Source: a virus. Taken from it: a stretch of 64,000 nt of DNA. Both the position numbers and the translations under genes were made by a program. Each line of letters opens with the position of its first letter. The first letter of the stretch is position 1. The DNA is taken from positions 6,981 through 70,980 of the IMG/VR virus record IMGVR_UViG_3300050821_005575. One strand, given 5' to 3'. Under the pieces are notes generated by a model. It saw only the letters and a list, made by a program, of their open reading frames with translations, was not told where the DNA came from and did not search any database. Of the stretch, positions 8,662-18,449 are shown piece after piece.

Positions 8662-10962
8662 CTACCCTCGCATCCAGTCGCCGACCTTCTGGCCGGGGCC
8701 CATGACCTTGATGATCGCCTTGCCGGACGGCGAGGCGAGGACCGGAACCGACTTCTTCCATTTGTGCCGGTACATGTGCGGGCCTTTCTTCGAGCCCTTC
8801 GGAGGACGGTACATGTCCTCCGGCGAGTCGCCGTAGTGCGTCATCGCGACGACAGCGTCGACCTTGTTCGGCGAGCCGAGCGGCAGATGCTTCCAGACGA
8901 CGCAACGCGTGCCGCGGTCGGAGGCCTTCTGGAGCCGGGCCGCCTGCTGGCACTGCTTGATCAAATCTCGGTCGCCGATCCTGCGCGCGAGCTCCATCGC
9001 CTGCGCGACGGTCATCTTCGTGCCGGGTGTGGGGAGACGGAGCGTGCCTGGGTTCTGCAGCGCACGAGACGCCTCGGCGGAGACCTTCATGGAGGCCTTG
9101 TACGCCGCACGAGGACCGTACATTCTCACGACCTCGGCCTTCCCCATCGCCTTACCGGCCATCGACGCGCGCGTCGGCCCCGGAACGAAGGTTCGACCGA
9201 ACGATGTCGCCGCTCTTGCGGACTTCAGAATCCGACCGGATTCCTTGCGGTTCAACGGATTCGCCCCGACCGGCACGCCGAGCCTGCGCCTCCGCGTCGT
9301 CGTCCCGCCACGACGTCCGGCGTCCGTGTCGAGCCACTGTCGCTCGAGGGCGCGCTTCGCGGAGTCCGCCAGCGTGACCCATGGGAAGCGCGCATACTGC
9401 GCGGCGGTCGCCTCCGGGTAGCCGACGAAGCCGAGCAGCCAGAGGCGCTTCTGGCCGGACATCCGGTCCCACTGGACCGAGACCGGTGGATTCGCCATCA
9501 GGCCAATCGTCTGGAGGAGCGGGTTCGGAAGAACGTGTCCGTGCTTCGGATTCCTGCAGACCGGGTTTGAGCAGGGATTCTTCCGTAGCCCGAGCTCCAT
9601 CTCGGCTGTCCGGTGGATGATCTTATGGCCGACTCGCTTGTACGGCTGCTCGCCGAAGAGAGCGACCGCTGAACCCATGCCGACCGAGACTCCGGCGGCC
9701 TCGGCGGCGGCTTCGCGGTTGAATGGCTTCACGCGGCGCGAGATGTCCTGGTAGCGACGAGCGACGCGTGCGGCCTTGGCGACCTCGCCACGGTTCAGCG
9801 GGTTCATCCGAGACCGTCCGATCCCGTACGCCTTCAGGAACTTCATCGCCTCGCCGCGTCCGTTCGCCGTGTAGACCGCGTTACCCTGGTGGTAGTCGGC
9901 GTACGGGCCGTGTCCGGACGCTTTGAAGAAGCGGTAGCGCGTCACGCCGTCGCCGGGCGCCCAGGTCGCGACAGACAGATTGAAGAGCGAGGCGGCGCGC
10001 TCCATCGCGTTCAGCTGACGCTTCGGATTGTTGAACGTGTAGATGTTCTTCCGGACACGACCTGGATTCTCGTGCGCCGAACGCGGCGGCGAGAGGTCGA
10101 CCGTCGTGAAGGTCTCGTGCGGGTACTCGCGCATGACCTTCGGGACGTCGTAGACGGACTTCGCGTACAGCGGCTCGAAGGACCTGGACTTCGGGATCAG
10201 CTTGTACCGGTAGCCCTTCTCGAACATCCCCATGTCCATCTCGAACTCGGACGATGCGCCCTTGCGCGCGACGGTCGAGGACATCCCGCGGCTCGTCGGC
10301 CGGACGAGTAGGTGATCCCAGTTGCCGAGCTCAGCCTCTCCCTCGAAGGAGTCCCGGAATGTCCGGGCCGCCATCTCGCGCGTCGCCTTGTTGAATATCG
10401 TGTCGATCTTCGGCGGGAGCGAGCCGCGCTCGGAGCTCTGGACGAATTCGCGGATGTACTTCTTCGCGCCGGACTCCATCAGGTACATGAAGAGCTTGAC
10501 GGCCTTTTCGCGGTCGTAGACGCCCTTCCGGCGCTTCAGCATCAGGTTCTTCACGATCGGAACGTACTGCTGCCGGTGCAGGTCCGCGTCGTTCTCGATG
10601 TACAGCTCGAGTTCGCGCGCCGCGTCGGCGTTGGCCGGACCGGACGGAGGATTGTTGAAGGTGTAGATGTTCCGGCGAACCGTGCCGCGGGGATTCGAAC
10701 GTGCCGAGCCGCGGGGATAGATCTCCTCGGTGATACCCATCACGTACGCCATCGCCACCGAGATCTTCATGCCGACTCGAGCGCCCATGATGTCTAGGTA
10801 GATGAAGTAGATCCGACCGGTCTTATTGGCGAGCGCCTGACCACGCTCGGCGCACTTCCGGATCGCCTCCGCGCCGACGCCGGTCGCGCGCTTCGTGTAG
10901 ACGACCTCTCCGGTCGTCTTGTCGACCAGGATGAAGGACGGCGGATTCTTCGCGGCTCTCAT
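8662..10962 (-). CDS. Large basic modular protein with repeated NP motifs (putative core polyprotein)
   Basis: About a dozen NP motifs separating modules; internal duplications NIYTFNNP x2 and NPLNR x2. Confidence 0.6.
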   Translation of the reverse strand: MRAAKNPPSFILVDKTTGEVVYTKRATGVGAEAIRKCAERGQALANKTGRIYFIYLDIMGARVGMKISVAMAYVMGITEEIYPRGSARSNPRGTVRRNIYTFNNPPSGPANADAARELELYIENDADLHRQQYVPIVKNLMLKRRKGVYDREKAVKLFMYLMESGAKKYIREFVQSSERGSLPPKIDTIFNKATREMAARTFRDSFEGEAELGNWDHLLVRPTSRGMSSTVARKGASSEFEMDMGMFEKGYRYKLIPKSRSFEPLYAKSVYDVPKVMREYPHETFTTVDLSPPRSAHENPGRVRKNIYTFNNPKRQLNAMERAASLFNLSVATWAPGDGVTRYRFFKASGHGPYADYHQGNAVYTANGRGEAMKFLKAYGIGRSRMNPLNRGEVAKAARVARRYQDISRRVKPFNREAAAEAAGVSVGMGSAVALFGEQPYKRVGHKIIHRTAEMELGLRKNPCSNPVCRNPKHGHVLPNPLLQTIGLMANPPVSVQWDRMSGQKRLWLLGFVGYPEATAAQYARFPWVTLADSAKRALERQWLDTDAGRRGGTTTRRRRLGVPVGANPLNRKESGRILKSARAATSFGRTFVPGPTRASMAGKAMGKAEVVRMYGPRAAYKASMKVSAEASRALQNPGTLRLPTPGTKMTVAQAMELARRIGDRDLIKQCQQAARLQKASDRGTRCVVWKHLPLGSPNKVDAVVAMTHYGDSPEDMYRPPKGSKKGPHMYRHKWKKSVPVLASPSGKAIIKVMGPGQKVGDWMRG

Positions 10963-11225
10963 CGGCGCCTCCGCATCGAGACATGCGTCCGAGGGACCGG
11001 ATTCCGACGGACGGCTGACGCAGCGCGCGTCTCGCGCCGGGAGAACCAGACGCCGATCATGGCTGAGACCGCGGCGCCTGCGACCATGCCGACGACGACC
11101 ATCGGCAGGACGTCGTTGACGAGCATGTTCTCGATGACCGGCGCCATCGACGCCGTCGCCGCGTCGGTGATCGACGTGGTCACGTCGCCGAGGCCGGGTC
11201 TCCGGATGTAGGTGATCTGGCTCAT
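10959..11225 (-). CDS. Small virion membrane protein
   Basis: PGLGD motif, one TM helix, basic tail with RRNP. Confidence 0.6.
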   Translation of the reverse strand: MSQITYIRRPGLGDVTTSITDAATASMAPVIENMLVNDVLPMVVVGMVAGAAVSAMIGVWFSRRETRAASAVRRNPVPRTHVSMRRRR

Positions 11226-11234
11226 TCTCGTTGA

Positions 11235-12875
11235 CTAGCGGCTACGGCGCCGACCGGCCGTGCCGGGGCGCTGCTTGTGCATGACGTAATAGGTCCCGGC
11301 GCCGATGATCCCGAAGAAGGCCAGCGTGACCGGGTTCAGGTACCAGGGGACGGTTCCGGGCGCGAGAACCGTCTTCCCGGCGAGCTTGTTCGTCGCGGCG
11401 ATGACGGACTGCATGAGCGAGGACTGCATCGCGGCGGGCGCGATCGTCCCCGCCGCCGTGAAGGCCGAGGCGATCGAGGTCCAGACCGAGCCGCCCGCGG
11501 AGGCCGCGGCGGCGGCAGTCGGCGAGGAGGAGGCCGCGGGCGTCGGGACAGGCGCGAGCTGGTTCGACGTGACCGCGGTCGACATGATCGAGGCCGAGGA
11601 CGCGGCGGGCGCCGGAGCGGGCGCAGGAGCCGCGGCCGGGATTGACGTGACGATGTCCGGCGTCGGCGACGTGCCCGAGGAGTCCGGCGAGAGCGAGGTC
11701 ACCAGACCCGGGTCGCTCGTCGTGTCCTGGCCCATGCCCTCCATGACCCCAAACGGGATCCGGCGGGGTGAGACCATGACGTTACGGCGTCTGACCATCA
11801 TCGGCTGTCCCATGTTCGTCCTCACTTGTCTCTCGGGTGACTCGGCGGCCTTGACCTTCACGTACGCGCCCGTCCGGACGTACCGGACGGAGTCCTGGCC
11901 CATCTGCCCGTTCCAGCGCGAGCCGGGCGGGTAGAACTGGCTCGTGATCTTGTAGCGGGGATTGACGTCCTGGGTCTGGTAGTAGGGGTTCCCGTGGTCG
12001 TTCGTCGGGTAGCCCGCGATCGACTCGATCCGCTCGGACGGGTTAACCAGCGGCGCGGCCTTCAGGAGGTGCATGTCCGGATTGAGGTCGGCGTCTGGGA
12101 TCTGCGTCTCGTGCGGCGGGAGGAGCTGTAGGTCGTCGAAGTTGCCGGGCGGGATCAGGCCGGGCCCGGCGCCGAAGTCCTTCGGGATCCCGTAGGCGAT
12201 GTAGTCCTGAGGATAGGCCGTGTCGATGGGCGCGGTCGGCGAGGCCTGATTGTCGCCGAAACCGCTCAGACCTCTATTGATGGCGGCCATGTCGGCTCCC
12301 TTCAGGACGCTCTCGATCGGCTGCTCCGGCCAGCGGGCCAGCATGTTCGGCGCGACCGGCGGACGCCAGCCCGAGTAGGCGCCGGGCGTCGACGAGTCGA
12401 GCGGGTACCAGTTGCCGTCGACAAGGAGCGACGTCCAGACGTGCGAGAACTCGTCCGGCCGGGACGCGTCGACCTTCGCGGTCTCGAAGGCGTACTGGAA
12501 GCCCAGGATGCCGCCCAGCGTCGCGGTCATGATCGCGAAGGTGTCGCAGTCCCCGGTGAAGAGTCCCGGACCGTTGTAGGTCCCGGCCTGCTTCGCCTGG
12601 ATGACCGGACGCATCGCCTCGATCGGATGCTCCAGACCCTCGACCTGGAAGGCATCGGACTTGAAGATCCCGTGAGCCTTACACCAGTTGAAGATCGCGT
12701 CGGCCGTCGCCGTGGTCTTCCCGCGGACGTCCCCGGAGACGGACATCCGGATCCAGGTCGCGATCTTCTGGAGCGTCGGGTCGAGCTTCCCCTGCGCGAC
12801 CAGGGTGTGCATCTTGTCGATCGTGGTCGACGTGCCGGACACGCCTCGGTCGAGGTTCTCGACGGTCGAGCTCAT
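11235..12875 (-). CDS. Transglutaminase-like cysteine protease with C-terminal membrane anchor
   Basis: GDCDT...FSHVW...WYPLD Cys-His-Asp triad; Ala/Pro/Ser linker; TM helix plus Arg tail; AGGAG RBS. Confidence 0.8.
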   Translation of the reverse strand: MSSTVENLDRGVSGTSTTIDKMHTLVAQGKLDPTLQKIATWIRMSVSGDVRGKTTATADAIFNWCKAHGIFKSDAFQVEGLEHPIEAMRPVIQAKQAGTYNGPGLFTGDCDTFAIMTATLGGILGFQYAFETAKVDASRPDEFSHVWTSLLVDGNWYPLDSSTPGAYSGWRPPVAPNMLARWPEQPIESVLKGADMAAINRGLSGFGDNQASPTAPIDTAYPQDYIAYGIPKDFGAGPGLIPPGNFDDLQLLPPHETQIPDADLNPDMHLLKAAPLVNPSERIESIAGYPTNDHGNPYYQTQDVNPRYKITSQFYPPGSRWNGQMGQDSVRYVRTGAYVKVKAAESPERQVRTNMGQPMMVRRRNVMVSPRRIPFGVMEGMGQDTTSDPGLVTSLSPDSSGTSPTPDIVTSIPAAAPAPAPAPAASSASIMSTAVTSNQLAPVPTPAASSSPTAAAAASAGGSVWTSIASAFTAAGTIAPAAMQSSLMQSVIAATNKLAGKTVLAPGTVPWYLNPVTLAFFGIIGAGTYYVMHKQRPGTAGRRRSR

Positions 12876-13043
12876 CGAGAACTCCTGGAGGTAATGGGGA
12901 GAGGGCTCCGGACGGGTGTCCGGAGCCCTCCGGAAGAAGGAAGAGCTAAGGAGGAGGTCAGGTCACGTTCGGCGGAACCGGGCGAACAGCGCATTGCGCT
13001 CCCTGGATTTCTCCAGGCTGTCCACCCAGTACGGGCGATCCAC

Positions 13044-13220
13044 CTACTTCTTCGTCGCGAGCACGGTCACGGTCGGTTTACCGGCGCGGACCTCGATGAG
13101 CAGCTGCGCGGCACACCTCTTGTTTCCGCACTTGGCTTCGAGGCTCCCCTCGATCCGCTGCCGCATCAGCCAGTTTCCGCAGGCCGGACACCGCAGGTCA
13201 TTCCCCGTGCTCTCAGGCAT
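13044..13220 (-). CDS. Com-like zinc-ribbon regulator (58 aa, below the track cutoff)
   Basis: MPESTGNDLRCPACGNWL...IEGSLEAKCGNKRC; CxxC...C-x4-C pattern like the Mu Com family. Confidence 0.6.
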   Translation of the reverse strand: MPESTGNDLRCPACGNWLMRQRIEGSLEAKCGNKRCAAQLLIEVRAGKPTVTVLATKK

Positions 13221-13495
13221 CTTTTCGTTCTTTACGAAAAAAGCCGCGACGTTTCCGCCGCGGCTTGTCCGCCCAGTACGAGCGATCCGCCGAATCTCTA
13301 CGTGACAGTTTGCGACGAGCTGGATTGTTTGTCAAGCGAAATCCGAATCAGAGAATCTCGAGGACACGCCGACAGCGTTTACAGACGACGCACCAGCGCG
13401 TCCGACCCCAGAGCGCGGCAATATTCTCGACAGCGGGATCGTGTCCGCGAAGGATCAAGCAGGCCGTCTGACGGAGCCACCGCAGGAAGCGCACG

Positions 13496-13810
13496 TCACT
13501 TCTTTGTCCGCGCGCCGCTGAACAGCGCGGAAAACGCCGACTGGAGTCCGCCAGATTTGATGATGATCCGGAGATCCTCGCGCAGGCCGCGGATCTCGTC
13601 GATCAGCTCGTCGGTCACGTCGCGCATCCCGTCCTTCGGCATCATGACGGTCTCGGCGACGCCGGAGGCGACGTCGATCAGGCCGTTCATGACCTCGATC
13701 TGCTTCTTCGCGACCGCGGAGAGGTTCGCCGTCGCGAGGGCGATGTCCTCGAAGGACTTGATGAACTGCGCCCGCTGCTGGCGGATCTGCGCTTCGTCGT
13801 CCGGCGGCAT
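13496..13810 (-). CDS. Hypothetical helical protein
   Basis: Coherent codon usage, in operon. Confidence 0.6.
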   Translation of the reverse strand: MPPDDEAQIRQQRAQFIKSFEDIALATANLSAVAKKQIEVMNGLIDVASGVAETVMMPKDGMRDVTDELIDEIRGLREDLRIIIKSGGLQSAFSALFSGARTKK

Positions 13811-13835
13811 GTCGTCGAAGTCCCCGTGTACACGG

Positions 13836-14174
13836 TCAGACGGACTTGTTCCTCTTCCGGACCTCGTCGAGGACGAGGTCGATCGACTCGACCATCTTGT
13901 CGACTTCCTTCGGTGAGGTCCGTTCGAGGATCTGTGCGACGCCGGTGATCTGCTTCAGGAACTCCATGCCGACCGGGATCCCGTTCGAGATCAGGAGCTC
14001 CTTCGTCTCGGACTCGCTCAGGCCGTTCCGCTTCGCGGACTCAATAACTGCCCGCTCTCCGAGGATGAAGGACTGCCTGAAGAGGTCCTGGATCTGATCC
14101 AGGATGACCTCCTGGGACGTCTTGTTCTCGAGATGCTCCATTACTTTCCACCCTTCGCTTTCTCTTTGATCCAC
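13836..14174 (-). CDS. Hypothetical protein (true start probably near 14141)
   Basis: Helical ORF coupled to the upstream gene. Confidence 0.55.
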   Translation of the reverse strand: MDQRESEGWKVMEHLENKTSQEVILDQIQDLFRQSFILGERAVIESAKRNGLSESETKELLISNGIPVGMEFLKQITGVAQILERTSPKEVDKMVESIDLVLDEVRKRNKSV

Positions 14175-16204
14175 TCGGCCTGGACGGTCTTGATGAGCCG
14201 CCGCAGGAAGCTCGCGACGGCCTCGTCCTCACCTGCCTTCTTGATCTCGTCTACCTGCGCGCGGTCACCGCCGGACTCCATCAGGAGCGCCTCGAGCTGC
14301 GGACCGGAGTCAATCGCCTCGAGCCGGTCGAGCAGCTCGTCGTCGAGGAACTCGATCGCATCGGCGGCGACGTAGGACTCGACGTGCTTGTTCTCGGCGG
14401 CCTGCTGCGGGAATCCCTGCCGGATCTCCGAGCGGATCCCGTGCAGGACGAAGTCGACGGCGAACTTCCGGTCGTACTTCATCTCGCCGGGGTGGACCGG
14501 GAACGGGATCTTCAGGGTCGCACCGCCCTCGCCGAGCATCGGGAAGACTCCGTGCTTCACATCACCTCCTTCGCCGGGTGCCGCCTCTGCGGGCGCCACC
14601 GGCTGCGTCTTTTTCGTCAGGTCGGTCGGCTGGATCGCGATCTGCTTGACGGTGCCGCCTGAGCTCCGCTGCTCCGAGACGACTTTCGTCCCGGCGTGAC
14701 GGGGCGGGACGGCGATCTTGCCCTTCGGGACCTGCATCGCGATCAGCCGTCCGCTCGCGTCGGGCGTCAGCTGGATCCCCTGCGCCATCAGGTCGTCGTG
14801 GACCTTCTTCGCGACGGCCTGGGCGGCCTCGGCGTGGATCTGCTGCTCGCGCTCCTTCGAGACGACGCCGCCCGGCTCCTTCTTCATCTGCGTCTCGACG
14901 AGCGACTTCAGGATCGGCGCGAACTCTTTGACGGCGAGCTTCGCGACGTCCTCGTACTCGGAGCCGCTCTCGCCGCCTTCCTTCCCGCCACCTCCGGCCA
15001 TCAGATTGTCGAAGGACATGTCGATCAGGCGGCCCTCGAGCTCGGACAGGCGGGTGCCCTTACCCTCCCCGGCGCCCGTGATCGCCTTCAGCTTCTCAGC
15101 GCGGTTCAGGAACGTGTCGAGCTCGTCGCCGGACGAACGGACCGGCGCCGCAGCCTTCGTCGTCAGAGCGGTCATGAGCGTGGAGATCTGCGTCGCGTCG
15201 CTGTCCATCTTCTTCGTCAGGAACTTCATCACGTCGGACTCGCCGGACGACGCGGGCTTCGCGGTCGCAAGCGCAGCGATCGACTGCGCGAGCGATGTGA
15301 TCGAGGTCTCTAGCTTGTCGAAACGGTCGTTGACCTTCTTCTCGGCGAGCTGTGCGGCGAGCTGGGCATTCTGCTCGCGGAGCTTCTTGACCTCGTCAGA
15401 CTCGCCGACCGGCAGCGCGGGCGCGGGCGGCTTGTTCCCGCCCTCCATGTCCCGGACCTGGGACTCGAGTTCCTCGATCTCCTTCTTGACGCGGGCACGC
15501 TCGAGGCGACGCTCGAGGTCCTGACGGAGTTTGATGAGCGGATCCGTCTCGCGCATCGTCGGGTCGCTGGCGGAGGTCGGAATCATCGTCCGGGGGTCCT
15601 GCTGCGCGGCCTGCTGCTGCGCGGCGGTCGGCGCGTCCTCGAAGAACGGCTCCGCATCGACCTCGGGATGCTCGATCGTGAAGAAGCCGAGCATCTTCTC
15701 CTCGCCGTTCGTCGTCGCCGGGTGGATCGTACACTTGTACTTCTTCCCGCCGTGCCGGTCGAAGACGTCGTTCTCGATCTCCTCGCGCGTCGTCGGACAC
15801 TGGTAGCGATCCGGAAGCTTGATCGCGCAGCGACGGCGCGTCCCGTCGGCCATCTCGACGGACTTCGGAAACTGCCGCTGGACGACGACCATGTTCCTGC
15901 CGTCGGCGAGCAACGCGTCGGTGTCGTCCGGAGGCTCGACGTCGGACGCCGGGGTCGCGACGGGGGCGGGCTTCGTCGTGTCTCCGCCGAAACGCTTCGC
16001 GGCGGCCCGGGCGGACTTGTCAGAACCTTTGATGGTCAGCTGGACCTGCGCGGGCTCGTCGGCAGGACTCTCCGGAGCGTCCGGGATCGGCTCGGTCTCC
16101 GTCAGGACCGTCCCGGCGCCGGATCCGAGCGCGGGATCCTCTGGGACGTCACCGCCGTTACTTGACAGGTCGGACGGACGACTCTTTGAGGGCTTTCGCG
16201 ACAT
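14141..16204 (-). CDS. Large coiled-coil hypothetical protein
   Basis: ATG 16204 with GGAGG RBS; long heptad stretches. Confidence 0.7.
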   Translation of the reverse strand: MSRKPSKSRPSDLSSNGGDVPEDPALGSGAGTVLTETEPIPDAPESPADEPAQVQLTIKGSDKSARAAAKRFGGDTTKPAPVATPASDVEPPDDTDALLADGRNMVVVQRQFPKSVEMADGTRRRCAIKLPDRYQCPTTREEIENDVFDRHGGKKYKCTIHPATTNGEEKMLGFFTIEHPEVDAEPFFEDAPTAAQQQAAQQDPRTMIPTSASDPTMRETDPLIKLRQDLERRLERARVKKEIEELESQVRDMEGGNKPPAPALPVGESDEVKKLREQNAQLAAQLAEKKVNDRFDKLETSITSLAQSIAALATAKPASSGESDVMKFLTKKMDSDATQISTLMTALTTKAAAPVRSSGDELDTFLNRAEKLKAITGAGEGKGTRLSELEGRLIDMSFDNLMAGGGGKEGGESGSEYEDVAKLAVKEFAPILKSLVETQMKKEPGGVVSKEREQQIHAEAAQAVAKKVHDDLMAQGIQLTPDASGRLIAMQVPKGKIAVPPRHAGTKVVSEQRSSGGTVKQIAIQPTDLTKKTQPVAPAEAAPGEGGDVKHGVFPMLGEGGATLKIPFPVHPGEMKYDRKFAVDFVLHGIRSEIRQGFPQQAAENKHVESYVAADAIEFLDDELLDRLEAIDSGPQLEALLMESGGDRAQVDEIKKAGEDEAVASFLRRLIKTVQAEWIKEKAKGGK

Positions 16205-16406
16205 TCCAGGCCTCCAGAATTTGCGGATGACTGATGAACCCCTTGAAGAGGTGCATCGGACAGTAGATGTGGACGGATCCGTTGACGGCGAGGGTCGCAT
16301 TGCAGTGGTGCGCGTCGACCTGTTTCGACCCGAAGAGCTGGCCCGTGAGGGGACAGAGCACCTTCACCTGAGGTAGGAGCACTCTTCCGGGCTTCGTCAT
16401 GCCCTA

Positions 16407-16435
16407 TTTATATATAGCCTGGATCGTCGGGTCAA
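16407..16435 (-). promoter_or_regulatory. Sigma70-type promoter for the leftward operon
   Basis: TTGACC-N17-TATAAA on the minus strand. Confidence 0.5.
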
Positions 16436-16460
16436 TCGTTTTCGGAATCCGATTTTCCAC

Positions 16461-16488
16461 TTGACAGGCCAACCCAGCGTGCTATACT
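16461..16488 (+). promoter_or_regulatory. Sigma70-type promoter for the replication operon
   Basis: TTGACA-N16-TATACT. Confidence 0.6.
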
Positions 16489-16517
16489 CATTCCGTGGGC
16501 GCCAGACGACACAGCAT

Positions 16518-16637
16518 AGAGTCCCTGAATCATCGCGGCCGGGGTATTGGTCTGTCCGCATCCGGCTCTGGTGCCCACACATCACGCGCCGGTATGTGCG
16601 CGGATGGACTACGGGCCGCGATGATTCAGCGGCTCTA
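16518..16637 (+). ncRNA. Unassigned structured leader RNA
   Basis: Perfect 16-bp inverted repeat CTGAATCATCGCGGCC (16525-16540) / GGCCGCGATGATTCAG (16614-16629) enclosing a further stem. Confidence 0.45.
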
Positions 16638-16703
16638 GGCACACTCCGGACGGCGGGGAGGAGGACCCCGTCGGCCGGATGAGAGACGAAGAAGGAGGAG
16701 CCC

Positions 16704-18449
16704 GTGACGAACGCTGTGGTCCCGGCGAAGCCCGCGCTGTCGCCCTGGACCTTCACCGACGAAGAGATCTTGGCGCACTTCCCAGCTGGAAAGACTCCGC
16801 GCCCCCAGCAGATCGAAGCGATCAAGAAGATCAATGCCGCCTTCCGCGACGGGAAACGCGTCGTCGGTCTCGAGATGCCGGTCGGCTCCGGCAAGAGCTT
16901 CGTCTGCATGACCTTCGCGAACGCCGCCCGTACGATCGGCGGCACGCACTTTTGCACGGCTCAACGAATTCTCCAGAAGCAGTACGCCCGGGACTTCCCT
17001 GCACCAGAGATGGAGGTCCTGATGGGGCGGGCAAACTACGCCTGCACGCATCCGGACGCCAAGCCGGACACCGACGCGGCGCACGGTGTCTGCCGTTCCA
17101 AGAGTAAGGGGATCCTGGCGACCTGCCTGCATGACGACGCCGAGCCGATCGCCCGGGCAGCCGGGATCTCTCCGATGCAGGCCGCCGTCTCGCTCGCGCT
17201 ACCGGCGAGCTGCCATAAGTGCCCCTACTGGTCTCAGCTCCAGCGTTGCGCGGATCACCCGATCACACTCTTCAACTTTTCGAGCTTCCTCTTCCAGCAA
17301 CGCATCGGACGCTTCGGTAAACGCGGCCTCATGCTGATCGATGAGTGCCACGCGACTGAGGGAAATCTGATGGCGTTCGTTTCGATGGAGTTGACCGAGT
17401 GGTCCCTGTCGATCGTCGACGTGAAGATCGGCGACGAACCGATCGAGTCGAAGGCTCAGTTCGCCGAGTGGCTCCGCGAGACCGACCTGCTCCGTAAAAT
17501 CGAAACGGCGCTCAAAAGCGCCGAGGACGGAGCCGAGGACGTTCCGGAGGATCTGTCGGCGGCCGAGGCCGACGCTCTGAAAGAACTCCAGATGAAGCTC
17601 AGTAACTTCATGGCGTACCTGGACAAGACGGAGTGGGTCCTAGAAACGAACGTGTACAAGGACCGTCGCGGTGAGTCGTCCCTCAAGATCGTCGCCCGTC
17701 CGCTCTACGCGAAGGACTTCGCCGAGGATCTACTTTTCAGGCACGCCGACCGCGTCCTGGCGATGTCCGGAACGATCCTAGACATCCGGATCTGGTCGGA
17801 AGGGCTCGGTCTCGATCCGAAGGCGGTCGCCTTCGTCTCGATGGATTCGGACTTCCCTGTCGAGAATCGAAAAGTCTTTTTGTCATACGCTGGGAATTGC
17901 TCTCGAAAAACTCTAGATGAAACTAAACCTAAGCTGGTACGACTGGTCCGCGCGATCTTAGCCGCCCACGTCGGTCAGCGCGGCCTGATCCACACGCAGA
18001 GCCACGACCTCGCCAGCTACCTCCGGCAGGAGGTCGCCTCGCCTCGCTTCCTGTTCGCCGACCAGTTCGACGGCGACAAGGACGAGATGCTCCAGGCACA
18101 CGCCGAGCGCGAGGACAGCGTCCTTGTCTCCCCTGGAATGAAGGAGGGCGTCGACCTCCGTGACGAGCTTGGCCGCTTCAATGTGATCCTGAAGATGCCG
18201 TATGCCTCGATCGGCGACAAGATCATCAAGGAGCGTATGGAGAAAAACCCAACATGGTATTCGTACAAAACAATTATTGACCTCCTCCAGAGTCTAGGGC
18301 GTACGACTCGAAGCAAGACAGACTGGAGTTACACCTACATTCTGGATAGCGGATTTGAAAATCTCTTATTTAGAAATGGGCACATGATCCCGGACTGGGT
18401 AAAGGCTGCCTTTGTTCGTGGCCTTCCAAAGGAGATCAGACGTGCTTGA
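16704..18449 (+). CDS. DinG/XPD-family SF2 helicase
   Basis: Q motif RPQQ, Walker A MPVGSGKS, GRANYAC Fe-S region, DECH, EGVDL, QSLGRTTRS. Confidence 0.9.
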   Translation: MTNAVVPAKPALSPWTFTDEEILAHFPAGKTPRPQQIEAIKKINAAFRDGKRVVGLEMPVGSGKSFVCMTFANAARTIGGTHFCTAQRILQKQYARDFPAPEMEVLMGRANYACTHPDAKPDTDAAHGVCRSKSKGILATCLHDDAEPIARAAGISPMQAAVSLALPASCHKCPYWSQLQRCADHPITLFNFSSFLFQQRIGRFGKRGLMLIDECHATEGNLMAFVSMELTEWSLSIVDVKIGDEPIESKAQFAEWLRETDLLRKIETALKSAEDGAEDVPEDLSAAEADALKELQMKLSNFMAYLDKTEWVLETNVYKDRRGESSLKIVARPLYAKDFAEDLLFRHADRVLAMSGTILDIRIWSEGLGLDPKAVAFVSMDSDFPVENRKVFLSYAGNCSRKTLDETKPKLVRLVRAILAAHVGQRGLIHTQSHDLASYLRQEVASPRFLFADQFDGDKDEMLQAHAEREDSVLVSPGMKEGVDLRDELGRFNVILKMPYASIGDKIIKERMEKNPTWYSYKTIIDLLQSLGRTTRSKTDWSYTYILDSGFENLLFRNGHMIPDWVKAAFVRGLPKEIRRA

